Shown piece by piece: positions 22,530-32,685 of a stretch of 64,000 nucleotides of DNA. This stretch comes from Campylobacterales bacterium. Lineage in GTDB: Bacteria; Campylobacterota; Campylobacteria; Campylobacterales; QNZT01. The stretch spans positions 199-64,198 of the forward strand of contig JAMOMC010000188.1 in the NCBI GenBank assembly GCA_027068765.1, in the 5' to 3' direction. Position 1 is the first letter of the stretch. Each line of letters starts with the position of its first letter. The position numbers and the translations under genes are program-made. The notes below the pieces were generated by a model. The model did not search any database. It was not told the origin of the DNA and saw only the letters and a list, made by a program, of their open reading frames with translations.

Positions 22530-24791
22530 GTGAGTGAAAAAATGATAGAAAAACTTGTAAAAAAATCAAAGAACTTAAAAGTGCTATATGTGGAAGATGA
22601 TGAAGAGACCAGAATCTTTACGCTCCATATGTTAGAAGAATTTTTTAATAAGGTTGTTGTGGCAGTTGATGGGCTTGAAGGGCTTAGAAAATATGAATTA
22701 GAACATTTCGATCTAGTTATTGCTGATATTACTATGCCAAATATGGATGGAGTGGTAATGAGTAGAGAGATTTTGGAGATAGATAAAAATCAATCTATTA
22801 TTATAATGTCTGCATATAGTGAATCACCTATGCTTATGGAATTAATGAATATGGGAGTTGAGTATTTTATTCAAAAACCTATAGATTTAAAACAAGTTGT
22901 AGATATATTTTCACAGTGTGTAACTAAAAATTTAGAAAAAAGAGATTTTCTTGAAAATGTTAAAAAGATAGAAGATTTAAATAAAGAGTTAGATTCTCTA
23001 ATAGGTAGTTATGATAAATATGTCATAGCTTCAAGAACTGATCCAAAAGGTAACATCACTTATGTTAGTGAAGCATTTTGTAAAATTGCTGGATATAAAG
23101 AGAGTGAACTTATAGGAAAACCTCACAATATGGTAAGACATCCTGATATGCCAAAAGAGGTTTTTAAAGAGTTATGGGAGAGTATCAAAAGTGGAAATAT
23201 TTGGCAAGGTGAAGTTAAAAATATTAGAAGAGATGGGACTCATTATTGGGTAAAAGCAGCTGTGGGTCCATATTATGATCAAAGTAGTGGAGAGCTGTTA
23301 GGTTATAGTGCAATTAGAGAGGATATAACTTTTCAAAAAGAGGTTTTAGAACTTGGTTTAAAACTAAAAGCCCAATCTAAACAGATGAGTGATCTTTTAA
23401 ATAATGCAGGTGAGGGGTTTTTATCTTTTGATGAAAATTTGATTGTTGAACAGACTTTATCTCGTGAAGCCTTAAAGCTTTTAGGAGATGAAGTTGCTGG
23501 TAAAAACATAGCAACTGTTTTGTATGCAACTGATGATAAAAAAAGAGAGTTATTTAAAGATATTATCGGGAATATCTTGGCAATTAATGATGATTTATCT
23601 AAAGAGATGATGCTTTCACTACTTGAAAAAGAGTTATCTTTAGGTGATAAAACTCTTGAGTTGGAGTATAAGTTTTTAGGTGAAAATAGATTTATGTTGG
23701 TTATTAGTGATATAACGGAGAAAAAATTTCTTCAAAGAGAGATAGAGTATGAGAAAAAAACTCAAAAAATGATAGTTTCTATTGTAAGCAACTATGATGA
23801 GTTTTTTGAATTAATTAATGATTATGAGAGTTTTGTTAGTACAATCGATTGTTATTTAGATAACAATACTTTAGTAGAATTAAAAAGAGAGATACATACT
23901 TTTAAAGGTCTATTTGCTCAAAAAGAGATGTTTAATACTGTAAATGGACTGCATAACATTGAAACACAGATGAATGTCTGTATAGAAAGTTCACTAAATA
24001 AACATCTATTTGAGGGATGGTTAGCTTGCGATATGAGGATAATAAAAAAAGTTTTAGGGGATGATTTTTTAGCAAATAGGGATAAGATATCTATTAGTTG
24101 CGATACTTTAGCTCAAATTGAGGAAAAAATTACCATAATTTCTGAACATTATAAAGGGGAAGAGCTTGATTTGTTATTGGGACAAATTCAAAGTTTAAGA
24201 GATAAACCTCTAAAAGAGTTACTATCAAATTATCCTGATATGGCTCAAAAAATTGCTAATAAACTTGAGAAGTCAATTTATGCTTTTGAGATTAAGGGAG
24301 ATAAAAATCTTAAAGTTTCACAAAAATATAAGCCGTTTTTAAAATCACTAGTTCATGTGTTTAGAAATAGTATCGATCATGGCATCGAGGAGTTAGATCT
24401 TAGAGTCCAAGATGGTAAAGATGAGATTGGAAGTATCAAATGCCAATTTTCACACCTTGATGACCAGCTTATACTTGAAATCTCTGATGATGGAAAAGGA
24501 ATAGATGTAGATGTTCTTAAAGAAAAAGCTATATCTAGTGGAAAATTATGTCCAAAAGTAGCTGAAAAATTAACTCATAAGGAACAGTTAGAGTTAATTT
24601 TTGTTGATAGTATTAGTACAAAAGATAATGTTAATGAGCTATCAGGAAGAGGTATAGGGCTTGGTGCTGTAAAAGCTGAGATTGAAAAATTGGGTGGAGT
24701 TTTGGAGATAGAGAGTAAAAAAGGTATAGGAACTACTTTTACTTTTAAGACAAAATTAGAAGAGTTAGGAGTAGAAAATGCAAATGTATGA
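22530..24791 (+). CDS. hybrid REC-PAS(Aer-type)-PAS-like-HPt-CheA-core kinase lacking a CheW-like P5 domain
   Basis: REC (Asp66 in VIADITMP) and PAS (GKPHNMVRHPDMPKEVF..KNIRRDGTHYWV). HPt-like His456 (EIHTFKG). CheA-type N-box HVFRNSIDHGIE, G1 DDGKGID, G2 GRGIGLG. The protein ends 41 aa after G2. Confidence 0.85.
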   Translation: MSEKMIEKLVKKSKNLKVLYVEDDEETRIFTLHMLEEFFNKVVVAVDGLEGLRKYELEHFDLVIADITMPNMDGVVMSREILEIDKNQSIIIMSAYSESPMLMELMNMGVEYFIQKPIDLKQVVDIFSQCVTKNLEKRDFLENVKKIEDLNKELDSLIGSYDKYVIASRTDPKGNITYVSEAFCKIAGYKESELIGKPHNMVRHPDMPKEVFKELWESIKSGNIWQGEVKNIRRDGTHYWVKAAVGPYYDQSSGELLGYSAIREDITFQKEVLELGLKLKAQSKQMSDLLNNAGEGFLSFDENLIVEQTLSREALKLLGDEVAGKNIATVLYATDDKKRELFKDIIGNILAINDDLSKEMMLSLLEKELSLGDKTLELEYKFLGENRFMLVISDITEKKFLQREIEYEKKTQKMIVSIVSNYDEFFELINDYESFVSTIDCYLDNNTLVELKREIHTFKGLFAQKEMFNTVNGLHNIETQMNVCIESSLNKHLFEGWLACDMRIIKKVLGDDFLANRDKISISCDTLAQIEEKITIISEHYKGEELDLLLGQIQSLRDKPLKELLSNYPDMAQKIANKLEKSIYAFEIKGDKNLKVSQKYKPFLKSLVHVFRNSIDHGIEELDLRVQDGKDEIGSIKCQFSHLDDQLILEISDDGKGIDVDVLKEKAISSGKLCPKVAEKLTHKEQLELIFVDSISTKDNVNELSGRGIGLGAVKAEIEKLGGVLEIESKKGIGTTFTFKTKLEELGVENANV

Positions 24792-25242
24792 AGATGTTTT
24801 AGGTGCACTTATCGATAGAATGGAGAGTTTTGTTGGTGAAGATATGGGAATTGAGATTTTGGATAAAAATATATGTACCAAGGTTTGTGAGTTTGAGTTG
24901 TTAGATTGTATGACGATTATTGGTTTGGGTGGAGATTTAAATGCTTTAACGGTGTTTAGTTTTGATACCTTTTTGATTGATAAACTTGTGGAGTCTTTTA
25001 TCTATGGAGAGGTTAGCCAAGAGGAGAGAGCTGAACTCTCAAAAGAGATACCTGCTGAAGTTGCAAATACAGTAATTGGAAATGCAATACCAAATTTTCC
25101 AAACTCTGGAAAAGGAGCTACTATAACTCCACCAATTATTATAGAAGATGCAAAGCTTGCTAGAAAATTAAAAGACTCTAGTGTCTTAATGGCTATGATT
25201 AAAACAAAATATGGAAATGCACAGTGTGCACTATTAAATTAA
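24778..25242 (+). CDS. cheX: CheX-like chemotaxis phosphatase (CheC/CheX/FliY superfamily)
   Basis: Pattern IGLGGDLNALTVFSF, catalytic ExxN (E94-V-A-N97 in PAEVANTVIGNA) and ATITPPII. Overlaps the kinase gene by 14 nt. Confidence 0.8.
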   Translation: MQMYEDVLGALIDRMESFVGEDMGIEILDKNICTKVCEFELLDCMTIIGLGGDLNALTVFSFDTFLIDKLVESFIYGEVSQEERAELSKEIPAEVANTVIGNAIPNFPNSGKGATITPPIIIEDAKLARKLKDSSVLMAMIKTKYGNAQCALLN

Positions 25243-25257
25243 AAAAAGGAGAAAGAG

Positions 25258-25656
25258 ATGTTAAATGTAATGGTTGTAGATGATTCATTAATCATAAGAA
25301 GAAATATAAAAAAGATGCTAATAGAGTTAGGATGTAATGTTGTAGCTGAAGCGGTAAATGGACAAGAGGCGGTTAAATTATATGCAAAATACAATCCAGA
25401 TGCGGTAACTATGGATATAACAATGCCTATAAAAACAGGTATAGAAGCACTCAAAGAGATAAGAAAAGATTGTAAAGATGCAGTAATAATTATGGTGACT
25501 TCACATGGTCAAGAAGAGCTTGTAATGGATGCTATAAAAAATGGTGCAAAAGGGTATCTTTTAAAACCTGTGACTATTGATAAGTTAACAATTGTATTTA
25601 AAAAAGCTTTTCCTGAGTTAACATTTGAGGCAAAAAAAGAGCTAACCGCAGTGTAA
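25258..25656 (+). CDS. cheY: single-domain CheY-like response regulator
   Basis: 132 aa with VVDDS, MDITMP, TSHG and KGYLLKP. SD AAAGGAG upstream. Confidence 0.85.
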   Translation: MLNVMVVDDSLIIRRNIKKMLIELGCNVVAEAVNGQEAVKLYAKYNPDAVTMDITMPIKTGIEALKEIRKDCKDAVIIMVTSHGQEELVMDAIKNGAKGYLLKPVTIDKLTIVFKKAFPELTFEAKKELTAV

Positions 25657-25701
25657 CCAAAATATAGTTATACTAAGTGTTATTAATATAAGGATTAAAT
25701 C

Positions 25702-26316
25702 TTGGAATTTTTATTTAACACAAATGTTCAGTTGTATATTTTGGCATATCTTGTTGGGAGTATTCCTTTTGGGCTTCTTTTGGCAAAGTATGTTGGAAAA
25801 GTTGATATTAGGAAAGAGGGAAGTGGTAACATAGGTGCTACAAATGTACTTCGAGTTTTAAAAGAGAAAAATCCTGATTTAGCTAAAAAATTAGGAGGGG
25901 CAACTCTTGCACTAGATGCACTAAAAGGTGTTTTTGTGCTTCTTATTGGGTATATGTTAGGAGTTAGTGAAGCTACTATGTGGGCTATTGCTGTTTTTTC
26001 TGTTATTGGGCATTGTATCTCTATCTTTTTACTTGGAGATGGGGGTAAAGGTGTTGCTACTTCTCTTGGAGTGTTGATGTTTATGGTTCCTTTTTCTGCC
26101 ATCGTGGGGCTTGCTGTCTGGCTTTTTTGTGCAAAAGTTTTTAGGATTGTCTCACTCTCTTCTCTTTTTGGTGTAGTTGGAGCGGTTGCATCTTCGTTTG
26201 TTCTTTATCCTGATATTATTCATACTCCTATTGTTATCATTGGTTTTATGATTTTTTATAAACATTGGGAAAATATCGGAAGGCTGTTTGCTGGAAAAGA
26301 GAGTAAGATAGCATAA
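25702..26316 (+). CDS. plsY: glycerol-3-phosphate acyltransferase PlsY
   Basis: Motifs GSIPFG, GSGNIGATN and GGKGVAT. TTG start. Confidence 0.9.
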   Translation: MEFLFNTNVQLYILAYLVGSIPFGLLLAKYVGKVDIRKEGSGNIGATNVLRVLKEKNPDLAKKLGGATLALDALKGVFVLLIGYMLGVSEATMWAIAVFSVIGHCISIFLLGDGGKGVATSLGVLMFMVPFSAIVGLAVWLFCAKVFRIVSLSSLFGVVGAVASSFVLYPDIIHTPIVIIGFMIFYKHWENIGRLFAGKESKIA

Positions 26317-26320
26317 GATT

Positions 26321-26653
26321 ATGTTGTATACGATTTGTATTGAAAATCTAAAACTTAGAGCGATTATAGGAATTTTAGAAAAAGAGAGAGTAGAGCCTCA
26401 AGAGATTATAGCTTGGTGTTTTATAGGGTATGAGAAGTGTGAAGCAAAATTTATAAATTATGCCAAAGTCTCTAAAATGATTGAAAATATGCTTGTAAAA
26501 AATAGATATAACTTAATAGAAGATGCTTTAGATGATATTATAACTAATATAACTAATAGTTTTAAAGGAATAAAAACTATTAGATTAAAACTTTCAAAGC
26601 CTGAAATTCTTGATAATTGTGTGGTTGCAGTGGAACTCTTCAGGAAAATTTAA
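26321..26653 (+). CDS. folB: dihydroneopterin aldolase
   Basis: Small protein with the IGILEKERVEPQ pattern, in the conserved plsY-folB arrangement. Confidence 0.65.
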   Translation: MLYTICIENLKLRAIIGILEKERVEPQEIIAWCFIGYEKCEAKFINYAKVSKMIENMLVKNRYNLIEDALDDIITNITNSFKGIKTIRLKLSKPEILDNCVVAVELFRKI

Positions 26654-26690
26654 AAAAATTTTAAAAAAACTTTAATTTTTGACAAAATTG

Positions 26691-26699
26691 TGGTATAAT
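26691..26699 (+). promoter_or_regulatory. extended -10 (TGgTATAAT) promoter element
   Basis: TGGTATAAT lies 32 nt upstream of the ATG at 26731. Confidence 0.4.
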
Positions 26700-26730
26700 C
26701 CATATAAATTTTACAAAGATAAGGAAAATA

Positions 26731-27402
26731 ATGAGAGTTTTGATTGTTGAAGATGAGGTTACATTAAATAGAACTTTAGTAGAGGGACTTCAAGAGTATG
26801 GTTATCAAGCAGATAGTTCGGAAAACTTTAAAGATGCAGAGTACTATATAGGTATTAGAAATTATGATTTAGTTTTAACAGATTGGATGCTTCCTGATGG
26901 AGATGGTGTTGAACTTGTAACTGCGATAAAGCAGAAAACTCCAAGAACTGCTTGTGTAGTTTTATCTGCAAAAGATGATAAAGAGAGTGAGATAAAAGCA
27001 CTTAAAGCTGGTGCGGATGACTATATTAGGAAACCTTTTGATTTTGATATTTTGGTTGCTAGAATTGAGGCTAGATTAAGATTTGGTGGTACAAATGTTA
27101 TTAAGATTGATGATTTGGTGATTGATCCTGATGAAGAGAAGATTACATATAAAGGTAAAGATATTGAGTTAAAAGGTAAACCTTTTGAAGTTTTAACTCA
27201 CCTAGCTAGACATAGTGATCAAATAGTTTCAAAAGAGCAACTTTTAGATGCAATTTGGGAAGAGCCTGAGCTTGTAACTCCAAATGTTATCGAAGTTGCA
27301 ATTAATCAGATAAGACAAAAAATGGATAAACCATTAAATATCTCTACAATCGAAACTGTAAGAAGAAGAGGTTATAGATTTTGTTACCCGAAAAAAGTAT
27401 AA
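26731..27402 (+). CDS. OmpR-family response regulator
   Basis: REC (VLIVEDE, LTDWMLPDGDG, KP) followed by a winged-helix output (VIEVAINQIRQK..GYRF). Confidence 0.9.
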   Translation: MRVLIVEDEVTLNRTLVEGLQEYGYQADSSENFKDAEYYIGIRNYDLVLTDWMLPDGDGVELVTAIKQKTPRTACVVLSAKDDKESEIKALKAGADDYIRKPFDFDILVARIEARLRFGGTNVIKIDDLVIDPDEEKITYKGKDIELKGKPFEVLTHLARHSDQIVSKEQLLDAIWEEPELVTPNVIEVAINQIRQKMDKPLNISTIETVRRRGYRFCYPKKV

Positions 27403-28718
27403 AGAGAAAATTTTTAATCCAGTTAGTAGTCGCATCTGTGGCACTAATTGTGATTTTTTCTATTATTCTTTATAGTTATATTAAAGTATCTATCCTAAAT
27501 GATACTATGTACAAATTAAAAACTGATGCGGTCATTTACATCGAAAAATCAAAATCAAAAAAACCATTTTCAAAAAATACTCTCGCAGTAAACGAGTTAG
27601 GTTTAGATGAGATGAGTATGGTTATTCGTGTTGATTTAAAAGATGATATATATTATGAAAAGTATAAAAAAGATGAAAAAAATTATATCAGTATTTTTCA
27701 TATTTTTAATAAAGAAAAATCTACTTATCTAAAAATTGAGAGAGATGTTGATGGAACTCATAAGCTTATACAGAAGATATTAAAAAGTATAGTTCTTGTT
27801 AATTTTTTGACGCTTTTTTTAATTTTAGCTTATGCGATGTTTTTATCAGAGACACTTTTGCAGCCTGTTAAGCAGATAACAAGAAGGCTAGCAAGAATGA
27901 ATGAGAATTTTTTAGAGCCAATTGAGACAAAAACACTTCCTGGCGAATTTATACCTCTTGGAGAGAGTATAAATAGACTAATAGATAGAATTCAAAATTT
28001 TGTGAAGTATCAAAAAGAGCTTTTTATCGGAACCTCTCATGAACTTAAAACTCCGCTAGCAGTCATGAAGGCAAAAAATGAAGTAACTCTTATGAGAAAA
28101 AGAGATCCCTCAAAGTATCAAGAGACACTAAAGCTTAACAATAAAACAATTGACGAGATGAACAGTATGATAAGCTCAATTTTAGAGATTGGAAGACAAG
28201 AGGGTGCTCAGTTTGAGAAGCCTGTTGAGGTTGATTTGATTCAGTTTTTGAAAGATAAATCAAAAGATTTTACACTTATAGCTAAAAATGTTGGTAAAAA
28301 TATCTCTATCGATTTAGAGCCAAAGATGTATTGTGTTATATCTCAACCAAGTTTATTAACTCATATACTTCAGAACTTTGTTCAAAATGCTATTAAGTTT
28401 ACGCCAGAGGGTGGGAATGTTCATATCAAAAGCAGGTTAGATGGAGATGATTTTAAGATTGAGATTATCGATGAAGGCTCGGGGGTTGATGAGTCACTAG
28501 ATCTTTTTGCTCCATTTAAAAGAGTTGGAAAAGAGGCTGGTGCGGGGCTTGGATTATTTTTAGCGAAAGGTGCGGCAGATGCTATTGGAGCGGAACTTAG
28601 TCTTAAAAATAGAAGTGATGACAAAGGTGCAGTTGCTACACTTTCACTAAATTCTAGAAACTATTGTCCAATTGATGATGATTCTAAAGGTGGTATATTT
28701 AATGCATTTAAAAAGTGA
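27381..28718 (+). CDS. sensor histidine kinase
   Basis: Two TM segments, a HAMP-like linker, H-box TSHELKTPLA, N-box QNAIKFT, and G-boxes DEGSGV and GAGLGL. TTG start overlaps the response regulator gene. Confidence 0.85.
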   Translation: MLPEKSIKRKFLIQLVVASVALIVIFSIILYSYIKVSILNDTMYKLKTDAVIYIEKSKSKKPFSKNTLAVNELGLDEMSMVIRVDLKDDIYYEKYKKDEKNYISIFHIFNKEKSTYLKIERDVDGTHKLIQKILKSIVLVNFLTLFLILAYAMFLSETLLQPVKQITRRLARMNENFLEPIETKTLPGEFIPLGESINRLIDRIQNFVKYQKELFIGTSHELKTPLAVMKAKNEVTLMRKRDPSKYQETLKLNNKTIDEMNSMISSILEIGRQEGAQFEKPVEVDLIQFLKDKSKDFTLIAKNVGKNISIDLEPKMYCVISQPSLLTHILQNFVQNAIKFTPEGGNVHIKSRLDGDDFKIEIIDEGSGVDESLDLFAPFKRVGKEAGAGLGLFLAKGAADAIGAELSLKNRSDDKGAVATLSLNSRNYCPIDDDSKGGIFNAFKK

Positions 28719-28728
28719 TGTTTGATAG

Positions 28729-28971
28729 TTGGCTTTGAAAATTATAGATGAGTGTATATCTTGTGATGGGTGTGTTGAAGTTTGTCCAACTGCTTCGATA
28801 GAGGTATGCGATCCGATTTATGTTATAAGTGCAGTAACTTGCTGTGAGTGTGTAGGTTATCATAAAGAGCCATCATGTGTGAAAGTTTGTCCTGTAGATG
28901 CTATAATAGTAGATAAAGATTATTTTGAGAGTGAGAGTTCTCTTTTAGAAAAATATGAAAGAAGTTTATAA
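28729..28971 (+). CDS. YfhL-type 4Fe-4S dicluster ferredoxin
   Basis: CISCDGCVEVCP plus CCECVG...CVKVCP cysteine patterns. Confidence 0.8.
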   Translation: MALKIIDECISCDGCVEVCPTASIEVCDPIYVISAVTCCECVGYHKEPSCVKVCPVDAIIVDKDYFESESSLLEKYERSL

Positions 28972-30447
28972 GTGGCAAAAAGAACAGCGATAATTGATAT
29001 AGGTTCAAATTCAATCTCTCTTGTTGTGTATGAGAAGAGTTCTCGTTATGCTTTTCATCTTATTGAAAAGATTAGATCTAAAGTTAGAATTGGCGAGGGT
29101 GCTTATGAAAATGGCGGGCATCTTAGTGATAAAGCTATGCAAAGAGCTTATGGTACACTTAAAGATTTTTTATCTGTTATCAAAAGCTTGGGATGCAAAA
29201 AAGTTTTAGCAGTTGCAACATCAGCACTTCGAGATGCACCAAATAAAAAAGATTTTCTAAGCAAAGTTTCTAAAGAGTTAAAGCTAAATATAAAGGTAAT
29301 TGATGGTGAAAAAGAGGCATATCTAGGAGCGGTTGCTGTTTTAAATCTTCTTCCTAAAGTTGACAATGCAATAACTATAGATATAGGAGGAGGTTCAACA
29401 GAACTTGCTAGAATTGAAAAGTCAAATGTAGTAGAAACTATCTCTCTAGATATAGGTACAGTTCGTTTAAAAGAGCTTTTTTTTGATAAGAAAAAAGATT
29501 TTTCAGATATTCAAAATTATATAGATGATGTTTTTAAAGATATACCAAAAAGCTATAAAACAGCAAATATAATAGGAATAGGAGGGACGATAAGAACTCT
29601 CTCATCTGCTATTTTACAATATAGCAATTACCCAGTTCACTCTTTGCATGCATATGAGTATGAGTATGATAAGCATAAAGATTTTATTAAAAATATTTCA
29701 AAATGTAGTGTTAGAGAGTTAAAAGAGTTTCAAATTGCAAAGAGTAGGTACGATACGATAAGAGAGGGAAGCACTATTTTTTTCATGCTTTGTGAAAAAC
29801 TAGGAGCAAAAAATGTTATTACTAGTAAAGCTGGTGTTAGAGAAGGTGTCTATCTAGGTGATATTTTAAGAGGATGCAATCATAAATTTCCTGTAAATTT
29901 TAATGTTAGTATAAAAAGTCTTATTGATAGATTTGCAATTTATGGTAAAAATATCTCTTATATTAGAAGAGTTACATCAGATATTTATATGCAGACAAAT
30001 CAATTTTTTGATGAAGATGAAAAGTTTAAAGATGAACTTCTAAAAGCTTCAAAGCTTTTACTTATACTAAGACGGCTAAATATCTACTCAAATAGTGATG
30101 TAAGTTTCTATTTTTTAGTAGAAAATTTAAATTTCGGACTCTCTCATAAGCAAAAAATTTTAATAGCTGTTATACTAAAATATGCACATAACAAAGATAT
30201 AAATGAGGTTGAAATAGAGAGTTTTAAAGAGTTATTGCCTTCGGTAGAGGTGGTAAGATGGTTAAGCTTTATACTCTCATTAACTCTTTGTATCAATAAA
30301 AATAAAAAAATTCAAAAGATAGATGTAACATACAAAGATAAAATACTTACCATAAAAAGTGCAGATAAAATGTTTCTAAGTGAAGCTTGCATAAAGAAGC
30401 TGAAAAAACCAGCCTCTTTTGCAATAGTACTAGAATCTTCTTCCTAA
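28972..30447 (+). CDS. Ppx/GppA family phosphatase
   Basis: Motifs AIIDIGSNS, VATSALRDA, EA.LG and IDIGGGSTE. GTG start directly after the ferredoxin stop. Confidence 0.85.
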   Translation: MAKRTAIIDIGSNSISLVVYEKSSRYAFHLIEKIRSKVRIGEGAYENGGHLSDKAMQRAYGTLKDFLSVIKSLGCKKVLAVATSALRDAPNKKDFLSKVSKELKLNIKVIDGEKEAYLGAVAVLNLLPKVDNAITIDIGGGSTELARIEKSNVVETISLDIGTVRLKELFFDKKKDFSDIQNYIDDVFKDIPKSYKTANIIGIGGTIRTLSSAILQYSNYPVHSLHAYEYEYDKHKDFIKNISKCSVRELKEFQIAKSRYDTIREGSTIFFMLCEKLGAKNVITSKAGVREGVYLGDILRGCNHKFPVNFNVSIKSLIDRFAIYGKNISYIRRVTSDIYMQTNQFFDEDEKFKDELLKASKLLLILRRLNIYSNSDVSFYFLVENLNFGLSHKQKILIAVILKYAHNKDINEVEIESFKELLPSVEVVRWLSFILSLTLCINKNKKIQKIDVTYKDKILTIKSADKMFLSEACIKKLKKPASFAIVLESSS

Positions 30448-32685
30448 ACTAAACTCAATTCTAGAAGTTCTGTCTCCCTCTTCATCATCAAGTGCTTTTG
30501 CATAAAAGAGTTGTAATGGTACACCAAGAGGTGACTTTGCCCACTCTAGTCCAACTCCCGTTGATGATCTTTTAATCTCATCAAAGTTTTTATCTCCAGT
30601 CATTCCATAGTCATAAAAACTAAAAATCCTAAGTTGGGCTGATTCAATAAGAGGAATAGATAGCTCAATTGAAGCTGCTGCTAATTTGTTTGCTCCTATG
30701 AGTATATCATCACTGTTTTTTGGTGCTAATGAACCTGATCTAAATCCTCTAACACTCCCCATGCCCCCTAGATATAGTTTTTCATTTAGAGGAAGATTTC
30801 CTTTATCTTTTATATGATTTATACGAGCTTTTAATCTTATAATTAAATCATAATCAATTAAGTCATAAAAACCGTAATAATATTTAGCACTAAGGGAAGT
30901 TTTTAGAAACTTTGCTTCACCTCCAACTCCAGCATACTCAAAACTAGATGATAAACTAACACCTTTTCTAGGTAGATAGTAGTCATCTGTATTGTCATAG
31001 CTTATAGCTGGGATAAGTGAACTTTTTACAGTTCTTCCCTCTTTATAAAGAATATTATTTTCTTGTAAAGTTTCATTAACATCCGTTAACTCAACATCTT
31101 CATAAAGATAAGTGAGTGAAGCATGGGTATGTCTCCCAAGTTTTCGCCCAAGTCTTAAATCTCCACCTTTTGATTTTTCGTTGTAATTGTAGTAATCAAG
31201 CTCTTTTTTAAATAAATTTCCACCCAAGCTATAAAGTGAGTCATAAACACGAGGATTATAAAAACGAATAGCTCCTCTTTGAGTTCTTTCAGATGCATCT
31301 ATATCTACACCAACTTCAATGCCACTACCTAAAAAGTTTCTATCAGATACTCCAGCATTGATTCCAAATTTATCAAAGCTACCATATGAGAGTCCACCCA
31401 TAATACTTCCAGTACTTGCTTCACTAACATTTACAATAAAATCTAATTTATCTTCAGCAACTTGTTTAGGAACAATTTTTACATCATTAAAATAGCCTGT
31501 TCTTTTAAGAGCATTGTTTGAATCTAAGAGATCTTTTTGATTAAATAGCTCAGATTCACTAAAATACAACTCTCTTCTTATGACACTATCTGCTGTCCTT
31601 GTGTTTCCTGCTATTGTGATATTGTTAACATATACTTTTTTATTTGGTTTTACTATATAAGTTATATTGGCCTTTGAGTTTTGCTTATCTTGTTTAACAT
31701 CTGGGGTGACATTTGTAAAGGCATAACCTTTAGAAGAGACAATTTTTGTAATCTCTCCAATATCTCTTCTGAGCTTTTGAATATCAAAAACATCTCCCTT
31801 TTTTAGTTTTAAATTTTCTATAAGCTTATCTTTATTAGCAATTGAGTTATCAATATCAATTTTAAGTTCACCAACTTTATATTGTGTACCTTCATCTATA
31901 TTGTATGTAATGGTTGCTTTATAGTTATCAAACTGTGTCTTTAGCATAGGTTCACTGACAACTGCGTCTAAATAACCGTGATTTAGATAAAACTCTTTAA
32001 TTCTCATAGCATCCATTCTAAGTTGATCTGCTTTTAAAAGCCCATCATCCCTTCCTAGAAACCAACCCATAGTTTGAGTTTTTTTATTTGCAAGATGTGG
32101 TTTAAAATCTTTGTAAGTAAAATCTTTTGCACCAAAAAAGTATATATCTTCTATATGGATATTCTCACCCTTATTTATAATAATATTAGTTTTAAGGCTT
32201 CCTGGATTTAATATTTCATTTTCTGTCTCTATAGCAGAGTCAAAAAAACCTTTTGCTTCAAGAGATTTTCGTATGTTTGTTTTTGCAGATTTTATTTTTG
32301 TTTCATCATAAATATCACCTTTTTTGATACCAGCAATTTTAAGTATCTCTTCATTTTTATCTTTTTTAAGACCTGTTATTTCTATTTTGGCGATTATGGA
32401 TTTCTCTTTAAAGTGGTAAGTTAAAACTCCATCACTCTCATCAACCCAGATATCTTCAAAATATTTTTGTCTATAAAGTTTTTTAATACTCTCATCAACA
32501 AGTGCAGGGTCAATTTCATCCCCTTTTTTAATATTAATAATCTCATAAGCAATAGCAGGAGATATATGAATTAAACCTTCAAATTTTATATCTTTAACAC
32601 TTTTTGCTTCAAGTGACATAGTCACAAATAGAGTAAAAAATATAAGAGTTTTATATATAGAGTTTTTTGATTGGAACCAAATCAT
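30430..32685 (-). CDS. bamA: outer membrane protein assembly factor BamA
   Basis: Signal peptide, POTRA repeats (IKFEGL.., YF.DV..) and a C-terminal barrel ending EFSLGRRF. Confidence 0.9.
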   Translation of the reverse strand: MIWFQSKNSIYKTLIFFTLFVTMSLEAKSVKDIKFEGLIHISPAIAYEIINIKKGDEIDPALVDESIKKLYRQKYFEDIWVDESDGVLTYHFKEKSIIAKIEITGLKKDKNEEILKIAGIKKGDIYDETKIKSAKTNIRKSLEAKGFFDSAIETENEILNPGSLKTNIIINKGENIHIEDIYFFGAKDFTYKDFKPHLANKKTQTMGWFLGRDDGLLKADQLRMDAMRIKEFYLNHGYLDAVVSEPMLKTQFDNYKATITYNIDEGTQYKVGELKIDIDNSIANKDKLIENLKLKKGDVFDIQKLRRDIGEITKIVSSKGYAFTNVTPDVKQDKQNSKANITYIVKPNKKVYVNNITIAGNTRTADSVIRRELYFSESELFNQKDLLDSNNALKRTGYFNDVKIVPKQVAEDKLDFIVNVSEASTGSIMGGLSYGSFDKFGINAGVSDRNFLGSGIEVGVDIDASERTQRGAIRFYNPRVYDSLYSLGGNLFKKELDYYNYNEKSKGGDLRLGRKLGRHTHASLTYLYEDVELTDVNETLQENNILYKEGRTVKSSLIPAISYDNTDDYYLPRKGVSLSSSFEYAGVGGEAKFLKTSLSAKYYYGFYDLIDYDLIIRLKARINHIKDKGNLPLNEKLYLGGMGSVRGFRSGSLAPKNSDDILIGANKLAAASIELSIPLIESAQLRIFSFYDYGMTGDKNFDEIKRSSTGVGLEWAKSPLGVPLQLFYAKALDDEEGDRTSRIEFSLGRRF

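Noticed and set aside
26641-26699. TTGACA at 26680-26685 as a -35 for the response-regulator promoter
   Set aside because: It is only 8 nt from the TATAAT, which is an incompatible spacing. The TGgTATAAT extended -10 alone is reported.
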